From contig JBIKVS010000002.1 of assembly GCA_044356725.1 (NCBI GenBank), positions 19,264 through 83,263 of the forward strand: DNA of 64,000 nucleotides, in the 5' to 3' direction. Source of the DNA: Minisyncoccia bacterium (lineage in GTDB: Bacteria > Patescibacteriota > Minisyncoccia > SW-4-49-11). The position numbers were made by a program, and so were the translations under genes. Under the pieces are notes generated by a model, which was not told the DNA's origin, ran no database searches, and saw only the letters and a program-made list of their open reading frames with translations. Shown one piece after another: positions 58,615 through 64,000 of the stretch. The first letter of the stretch is position 1. The number at the start of each line of letters is the position of its first letter.

Positions 58615-59592
58615 TTATCTACAAAGTGTAGTTTTTGAATAAAAAAGCCCCTGCCAAAAGCAAGAGCTTGTAAAGTTATTCGCACGGTTGACTATATAGT
58701 CAATTAGAGCTAATAGTGGCTCTGATTGACCATTTTTGTTATATGGTTCCAGAGCTTGGTTTCCTTCCTCCATTAGAGATGTAACACGCCTCCTACACTC
58801 CGCTAAACCCAATAACTTTGGATAAGTAGATTTATCCGCTGTCAGGTCTTTACCCGCCATCTTACCGAAAACTTTAGCACTAGCGGTGACATCAAGTATA
58901 TCATCACTTATCTGAAAGCCCAGACAAACACACTTAGCATAGACTCGCAGAGCCTCTATCAAATCCTTATCTGCTCCACCGATTATAGCTCCACTGACTA
59001 CAGAAGCTCGTAATAAAGAGCCTGTCTTATGGAGATGTATGTATTCAAGGGTGTCTAAATCAACTTCTTTACCCTCAAACTCTAAACCTACTGCCTGACC
59101 ACCCATTAGACCAGAAGCACCAGAGGCAAGCGAGAGCTCGCCCACAACTGCAAGCAAACGCTCAGCTGGCACATCAGGACTCTGCAAGGCAATCTTCTCA
59201 AAAGCACGGACTAGCAGGGAGTTCCCTGCAAGAATAGCCATTGCCTCCCCATAAACTTTATGATTAGTCGGCCTCCGCCCTCGACGAAAATTACAATTGC
59301 CAAGAGGGGGTAGATCATCGTGAATAAGAGATGAAATGTGTATCATCTCTAGTGCCACCGATGTGGGCATAGCTTGGGTTACCGTACCCCCAGCTAACTC
59401 GCAAGCAGCTAGACACAGAATTGGCCTTAACCGCTTACCACCATTCAGAAGAGAATACCTCATTGACTCCTTAAGTTTATTTAGCCTATAAATATCCAGA
59501 CTCAATGCTTGATCAAGAGCAGCCTCAATCTGTAGACGCCTATTTTCAATATATTGAGCAAAATCAAACTTAGCAGAATTTTTACTAGCCAT
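58615..59592 (-). CDS. Polyprenyl diphosphate synthase (IspA/GGPPS family) with an atypical first Asp-rich motif
   Basis: GGKRLRPIL, IHDDLPPLGNCNFRRGRRPTNHKVYGEAMAILAG, and the second motif GFQISDDILD. The FARM lacks the usual third Asp. Confidence 0.8.
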   Translation of the reverse strand: MASKNSAKFDFAQYIENRRLQIEAALDQALSLDIYRLNKLKESMRYSLLNGGKRLRPILCLAACELAGGTVTQAMPTSVALEMIHISSLIHDDLPPLGNCNFRRGRRPTNHKVYGEAMAILAGNSLLVRAFEKIALQSPDVPAERLLAVVGELSLASGASGLMGGQAVGLEFEGKEVDLDTLEYIHLHKTGSLLRASVVSGAIIGGADKDLIEALRVYAKCVCLGFQISDDILDVTASAKVFGKMAGKDLTADKSTYPKLLGLAECRRRVTSLMEEGNQALEPYNKNGQSEPLLALIDYIVNRANNFTSSCFWQGLFYSKTTLCR

Positions 59593-59694
59593 TTTAAAGA
59601 ACTCCCTCTCGCTGAAGCGAGAATAGATTAACCCTACACTTATACCATATACTCCTCTCTTTGTCTACGATGTTCCTCATCTTATTTAGTATTT

Positions 59695-59815
59695 AAATTC
59701 CCCTCTTGAGGGGTGGATTCCTGCTATGTTTACATAGTAGGGAGACGGGGTGGAATAAAATATCAAAACAACACTCCACCCCACCCTGCGGGTACCCCTC
59801 AAGAGGGGAATTTAA
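59695..59815. repeat. Composite repeat element, copy G, in the divergent ispA/valS promoter region
   Basis: aattcccctcttgaggggtgg and gtacccctcaagaggggaattta are inverted copies of the CCCCTC-AAG-AGGGG hairpin module. Between them lies gggagacggggtggaat...ctccaccccaccctgcgggtac. Confidence 0.65.
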
Positions 59816-59963
59816 GTTCAGCACACATCAGAATCAGACTATAAAGCCAAATTCTCCAAAAGAGGATAGTTTATAGCTAATATATACATATTGTATACTT
59901 TCATTGAATAAAATCTCTAGATTTGCTATAATTAAACTTAAATATAGCTTAATCTAACAAACT

Positions 59964-62327
59964 ATGCCTCTTGTATCCAAATACGAAATTACCGAACGCG
60001 AAGCCTATTGGCGTGAATTTTGGGCGAAACAGAATATCTATGCCTTTGATGAGAATTCGGAGAAGCCTATTTTCTCCGTAGATACTCCTCCACCCTATGT
60101 CTCAGCAGATCACTTACATCCAGGACATATTATGAGCTATTCTCAAGCTGAATTTGTCGTACGATTCAAGCGAATGCAAGGTTATAATGTGTTTTATCCA
60201 ATGGGATTTGATAATAATGGACTGCCAACTGAAAGGCATGTAGAGAAAAAATATAAAATCAAGAATAAAGATGCCATTAGTCGCTCTGAATTTATCAAAT
60301 TATGTCTCGAAGAAACTCAAAAAGGAATCCAAACCTATCGCAATCTCTGGTCACTTTTAGGAGTTTCAGTTGATTGGTCTAAGACTTACTCCTCTATCAA
60401 TCCTCACTCCCAGAAAATTGCTCAGTGGTCATTTTTAGATTTATATAAAAAAGGCTTATTAACTCAAAGAGAAGAGCCAATAATGTGGGATATTAGCTTT
60501 CAATCGGCTCTAGCTCAGACTGATCTTGAAGACTCCGAGCAAGACTCTCACCTCAATGATATAATCTTCAAAGCCGAAGAATCTGGTGAAGACTTAATTA
60601 TAGCTACCACCAGACCCGAGTTAATCCCAGCAGCAGTGGCTTTGTTCTTCCACCCAGAAGATAGCCGATATCAGCATCTTATTGGTACTAAAGCTATCGC
60701 CCCGATTTCTGGACACACTGTGCCAATTTTGACAGACGAGAGCGTCGACAAAGATTTTGGAACAGGTTTGATGATGGTTTGTACTTGGGGAGATACTGAG
60801 GATATAGCCAAATGGAAAAAATATAATCTGGAGACTAGACTAATCTTCAATCAAAAAGGGATTTTGAATGACCTAGCAGGAGCTTATGCTGGAGGACATA
60901 TTAGTAAATTAAGAAAGACGATATTAGAAGATTTACAAACCCAAAACTTATTAGTCAAACAAACCCCCATCACCCACACCGTCCAAGTTTCTGAAAGGTC
61001 AGGTACTCCAATAGAATTTATCCTGACCAAACAATGGTTTATCAATGTAGTAGAGCATAAAGAAGCCCTATTAGAGCAAGGTAAAAAACTCAATTGGTAT
61101 CCAAAGAGAATGTTTTCTATCTACTCTGACTGGGTTAGCTCACTCAAATGGGACTGGTGCATCTCCAGACAAAGATATTATGGAGTTCCAATACCAGTCT
61201 GGTATCATAAACAAACTGGGGAAGTAATCCTACCTCAAGAAGATGAATTGCCAGTTGACCCAACCGAATATACCCCTAGAGGCTATAATGCTGAAGATTT
61301 AATCCCTGAGCACGATGTGCTAGACACTTGGATGACCTCCTCAATGTCGCCTGAAATTGGAGCCAAATTAGTAGCAGACACGGAGATTAGTGCTAAATTA
61401 TTCCCATCCAGCCTGCGACCTCAAGCCTTCGAGATAATCCGAACATGGCTATTCTATACAGTCACTAAAGCCTACTTTCATCATAATAGTCTACCCTTTA
61501 GTGATGTGATGATATCAGGACACGGACTAGACAATCAAGGACGGAAAATTAGCAAAAGACTAGGCAATTTCACCCCACCAGAGCAAACTATAGCAACCTA
61601 TGGAGCAGATGCTATGAGATATTGGGCTACAGGTACCACTCTGGGAGAGAATATCCGATACAATGAAGATGAAATCAAAAAAGGCAAGAAAACAGTCAAT
61701 AAACTATTCAATGTTGGTAAATTTTCTGAATTACATCTGCAGAATTTCACTCTACCCGCGCAAACACCTGAACTAGAATTAATCGATAAATGGATTTTAG
61801 CTGAATTAAATCAAACTATTAAGACCGCAACTGAGAGCTTCGAGCAATATGAATACTACAGAGCAAAAACCGCTGTGGATAGCCTATTCTGGAATAAACT
61901 TACCGATTATTATCTAGAATTAATCAAATACAGACTATATGATGAGACCCCAGAAGGCCAAAATTCCCGCCTAGCAGCTCAGTATACTCTATATATAGTA
62001 TTAGAACAGATACTCAAATTATATGCCCCAATTTTGCCATTTATAACTGAGGAGATATATCACGGACTATATGCTCAATCAGAAAATGAAAGTATTCATC
62101 AATCCAATTGGCCAAAGACAAATACAAATTGGCAACTCTCTAGTGACGAACACAATCTAATGACAGATATTCTAGCAGTCATCGAGTCCGTAAGAGCTTA
62201 TAAATCTCAGAATAGTATTTCTCTAGGAAAGGAAATTGAAACTTATACCTATACTTCTACTCAAGACTTAAGCCCATACGAAGACTTCCTAGCCAAGGCT
62301 CTCAGAGTTGGCAAGTTGGTGAAGTAG
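59964..62327 (+). CDS. valS: Valyl-tRNA synthetase, short form without a C-terminal coiled-coil
   Basis: HIGH region PPPYVSADHLHPGH. ATTRPELIPAAVALFFHPEDSRY matches ValRS TTRPETMLGDTAVAV.PED.RY. WCISRQRYYGVPIPVWY and the KMSKS-like GRKISKRLGN are also present. It is 787 aa. Confidence 0.9.
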   Translation: MPLVSKYEITEREAYWREFWAKQNIYAFDENSEKPIFSVDTPPPYVSADHLHPGHIMSYSQAEFVVRFKRMQGYNVFYPMGFDNNGLPTERHVEKKYKIKNKDAISRSEFIKLCLEETQKGIQTYRNLWSLLGVSVDWSKTYSSINPHSQKIAQWSFLDLYKKGLLTQREEPIMWDISFQSALAQTDLEDSEQDSHLNDIIFKAEESGEDLIIATTRPELIPAAVALFFHPEDSRYQHLIGTKAIAPISGHTVPILTDESVDKDFGTGLMMVCTWGDTEDIAKWKKYNLETRLIFNQKGILNDLAGAYAGGHISKLRKTILEDLQTQNLLVKQTPITHTVQVSERSGTPIEFILTKQWFINVVEHKEALLEQGKKLNWYPKRMFSIYSDWVSSLKWDWCISRQRYYGVPIPVWYHKQTGEVILPQEDELPVDPTEYTPRGYNAEDLIPEHDVLDTWMTSSMSPEIGAKLVADTEISAKLFPSSLRPQAFEIIRTWLFYTVTKAYFHHNSLPFSDVMISGHGLDNQGRKISKRLGNFTPPEQTIATYGADAMRYWATGTTLGENIRYNEDEIKKGKKTVNKLFNVGKFSELHLQNFTLPAQTPELELIDKWILAELNQTIKTATESFEQYEYYRAKTAVDSLFWNKLTDYYLELIKYRLYDETPEGQNSRLAAQYTLYIVLEQILKLYAPILPFITEEIYHGLYAQSENESIHQSNWPKTNTNWQLSSDEHNLMTDILAVIESVRAYKSQNSISLGKEIETYTYTSTQDLSPYEDFLAKALRVGKLVK

Positions 62328-62340
62328 CGATAATTATAAA

Positions 62341-62573
62341 TGTTGAGTTGTGAATTTCATAGCGGAGCCGTCCCTATGGGAGTTAAACGTTTATCCCTCC
62401 ATATCGTAGAGTCGGTGCCCTCGCCGACATTGTTCTAATGTAGGGTAGACCTTTCAGTAGCCTATGTCCTCCCTCCCCCTGCGGGTACTCCCTCCAAAGG
62501 GAGACAAAATAAAAACTATCCTCCCTTGGGGGAGGTGGCACCGTAGGTGACGGAGGAGGACTATTGTATAAAA
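62341..62573. repeat. Composite repeat element, copy H, upstream-flanking the tRNA pair. It is a near-identical direct repeat of copy I.
   Basis: cgtagagtcggtgccctcgccgacattgttcta ... gtagacctttcagtagcc ... gtcctccctccccctgcgggtactccctccaaagggagacaaaataaaaactatcctcccttgggggaggtggcaccgtaggtgacggaggaggact. It is about 95 percent identical to 62905-63063 over about 165 bp. Confidence 0.8.
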
Positions 62574-62661
62574 GTCATAACTAAAAATTTTTAAACGAAG
62601 AAAACACCGGTCATTGACCAGTGCTCATAGATTGAATTAAAGAGGGAAATCCCTAGTAAAA

Positions 62662-62732
62662 TCGAAGCGGCAGGATTTGAACCTACGACCCCCTGCATGT
62701 GCAGGTGCGCTACCAGACTGCGCTACGCCCCG
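62662..62732 (-). tRNA. tRNA-like gene with an atypical 4-nt anticodon loop (ACAT). It may be a tRNA-Met(CAT) variant or a pseudogene.
   Basis: The minus-strand sequence is CGGGGCG-TA-GCGC-AGTCTGGTA-GCGC-A-CCTGC-ACAT-GCAGG-GGGTC-GTAGG-TTCAAAT-CCTGC-CGCTTCG-A. The acceptor (with two G:U pairs), D-arm, variable loop, and T-arm are canonical. It is 71 nt instead of about 74, and the shortfall is entirely in the anticodon loop. Confidence 0.5.
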
Positions 62733-62741
62733 ATGGAGAAA

Positions 62742-62817
62742 CGGTGAGTGGTGGATTCGAACCCCTGAAACTTATCACGAATTGAGACAAGTAGCTCCCA
62801 AGAGCAACTACCCCACC
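62742..62817 (-). tRNA. tRNA-like gene with a canonical acceptor and TTCGAAT T-loop but non-canonical D and anticodon arms. The anticodon is unresolved.
   Basis: The minus-strand sequence is GGTGGGG-TAGTTGCTCTTGGGAGCTAC-TTGTCTCAATTCGTGATAAG-TTTC-AGGGG-TTCGAAT-CCACC-ACTCACC-G. The acceptor pairs 6/7. The D region folds as GTTGCTC-TTGG-GAGCTAC with a 4-nt loop. The anticodon region folds as ACTTGTC-(9 nt)-GATAAGT. It lies 9 nt from the previous tRNA-like gene. Confidence 0.4.
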
Positions 62818-62883
62818 ATAATCCGTATATTATTATACTTATATTTTCTTAATTGTCAAGAGTTGAGGCGGTACAATTATAGA

Positions 62884-63063
62884 TTATGAATTATTAATGA
62901 TAAATTCGTAGAGTCGGTGCCCTCGCCGACATTGTTCTAGTGTAGGGGCGACCTTTCAGTCGCCTGTGTCCTCCCTCCCCCTGCGGGGACTCCCTCCAAA
63001 GGGAGACAAAATAAAAACTGTCCTCCCTTGGGGGAGGTGGCACCGTAGGTGACGGAGGAGGAC
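62884..63063. repeat. Composite repeat element, copy I, downstream-flanking the tRNA pair
   Basis: cgtagagtcggtgccctcgccgacattgttctag ... ggcgacctttcagtcgcc (62947-62964) ... gtcctccctccccctgcggggactccctccaaagggagacaaaataaaaactgtcctcccttgggggaggtggcaccgtaggtgacggaggaggact. Confidence 0.8.
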
Positions 63064-63088
63064 TGAGCTAAATTTACCCTATCCCCAC

Positions 63089-64000
63089 CTACCTATACAA
63101 ATACTTCTGAAATTCTATGAATAAATCTCGAATAGACTCAACCCCACCCAAATTCTGTTGAGCCTCTGCCAGAGAATGATATTTATTCTGTAATAAAATA
63201 GCTAATCTATCCTGATCCAATTCCTCGAATCCAGATTGAATATATTTATCCAACACAAATTGCAAAAATTGCTTCTGAGACTCACTTAAATCATCTAAAA
63301 TATCCTGCTTGGATTGCAAAACTCTCATTTCCCTTGAAATTGGTTTATTCTCAGCATTAAAGACATATTCCAAAACATCAAACAAATCACTATTCTCCGC
63401 ATCCACTAATTTTTGTAAAGTTTTCAGCTTATCTTGACTAAACCCAGCTTGACCTAATTTTTCCAAAAGCTGTTTACGAGTAATTGGACTACCCCAAATA
63501 GCCCTTAATTCCTGCTCTGTGGTGAATAATTTTGGCAATTCCCCAAATAAATTATGCATAAATTCTTCCACTGAAACCGGTCTTCCTTGAGCATCCCAAA
63601 AAGAAGTCGAGACCATAGACTGAATTTCCCTAATTTTACCATCTCTTAATTTCACTTTAATCTTTTTATTCTCACCTACTATAGGAGGAATTGTAGCTCC
63701 AGTTGGAGGATATACTTTAGTCCCAGAATCTCCCACAGGACTTACAGACCCATCTTCTATAACTCCACCTTCCCACTTTGGATCCGCAAACAACCGATAA
63801 GCCTCCACAAAATCATAAATAGTAAAGAAATCCTTACCCTCAAAGACTCTCGTGCCCCTACCAATAATTTGTTTGAACTCAATCATAGAATTAATCGGTC
63901 GCATCAAGACAATATTCCTGACATTACGAGCATCCACCCCAGTAGATAATTTTTGAGAAGTAGTCAAAATAGTTGGGATAGTCTTCTCGTTATCCTGAAA
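63089..64000 (-). CDS. Type I restriction enzyme R subunit (HsdR)-like helicase, C-terminal about 300 aa. The N-terminus lies beyond the window end.
   Basis: The reading frame stays open to position 64000 (FQDNEKTIPTILTTSQKLSTGVDARNVRNIVLMRPINSMIEFKQIIGRGTRV). Helicase motif VI is QIIGRGTR, and the C-terminal helical domain is typical of Type I HsdR. A Type III Res subunit is the alternative. Confidence 0.55.
   Translation of the reverse strand, partial: FQDNEKTIPTILTTSQKLSTGVDARNVRNIVLMRPINSMIEFKQIIGRGTRVFEGKDFFTIYDFVEAYRLFADPKWEGGVIEDGSVSPVGDSGTKVYPPTGATIPPIVGENKKIKVKLRDGKIREIQSMVSTSFWDAQGRPVSVEEFMHNLFGELPKLFTTEQELRAIWGSPITRKQLLEKLGQAGFSQDKLKTLQKLVDAENSDLFDVLEYVFNAENKPISREMRVLQSKQDILDDLSESQKQFLQFVLDKYIQSGFEELDQDRLAILLQNKYHSLAEAQQNLGGVESIRDLFIEFQKYLYR

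Noticed and set aside
62677-62889. ORF 62677-62889 (+), 70 aa
   Set aside because: It overlaps both tRNA-like genes on the opposite strand.

Overview
This is an AT-rich bacterial chromosomal segment that reads well in the standard genetic code (TGA is used as a stop, for example at the end of rmlC). It is densely packed, with about 55 protein genes, most of them on the minus strand.

Gene content is mainly housekeeping:
- Cell division and shape: ftsA, mreB, and parA/parB next to gyrB.
- Translation: ileS, valS, serS, a HisRS-like gene, and the rpsU-yqeY-ybeY cluster.
- Cell wall: murA, a murE-like ligase, lepB, and a DacA-like carboxypeptidase.
- Pentose-phosphate enzymes: rpe, tkt, rpiB, and a short Gnd.
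- Isoprenoid enzymes: idi and a polyprenyl synthase.
- A thiol-redox neighbourhood: prx, trxB, two DsbA-like genes, and glutaredoxins.
- Sugar and glycogen-type enzymes: GT2, GT4, GH13, and rmlC/rmlD.
- dnaX, ruvA, ruvX, radC, and miaA.
- Two large secreted proteins with type IV prepilin-like N-termini, one very glycine-rich and one with a LamG/ConA-like domain. This flavour is typical of small-genome, possibly CPR-like, bacteria.

Both window edges carry partial restriction-modification genes that the ORF track does not list: an MmeI-family Type IIG enzyme (1..2283, minus) and a Type I HsdR-like C-terminus (63089..64000, minus).

The most unusual feature is a family of at least 10 intergenic composite repeats, up to about 300 bp each. 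They are built from a small vocabulary of GC-rich palindromic modules, such as GGCGAC-N6-GTCGCC and GTCGGTGCCCTCGCCGAC, and are often bounded by AT-rich inverted repeats of the TGTGAATT/AATTCACA type. Two nearly identical copies bracket a pair of odd tRNA-like genes next to the HsdR gene.

Four tRNA or tRNA-like genes were found by eye: Arg-CCT, Leu-CAA, and two non-canonical ones. Other points worth a second look:
- a locus with duplicated consensus promoters and small ORFs
- ftsA followed by a coiled-coil protein instead of ftsZ
- a HisRS-like protein that has lost its motif-2 arginines
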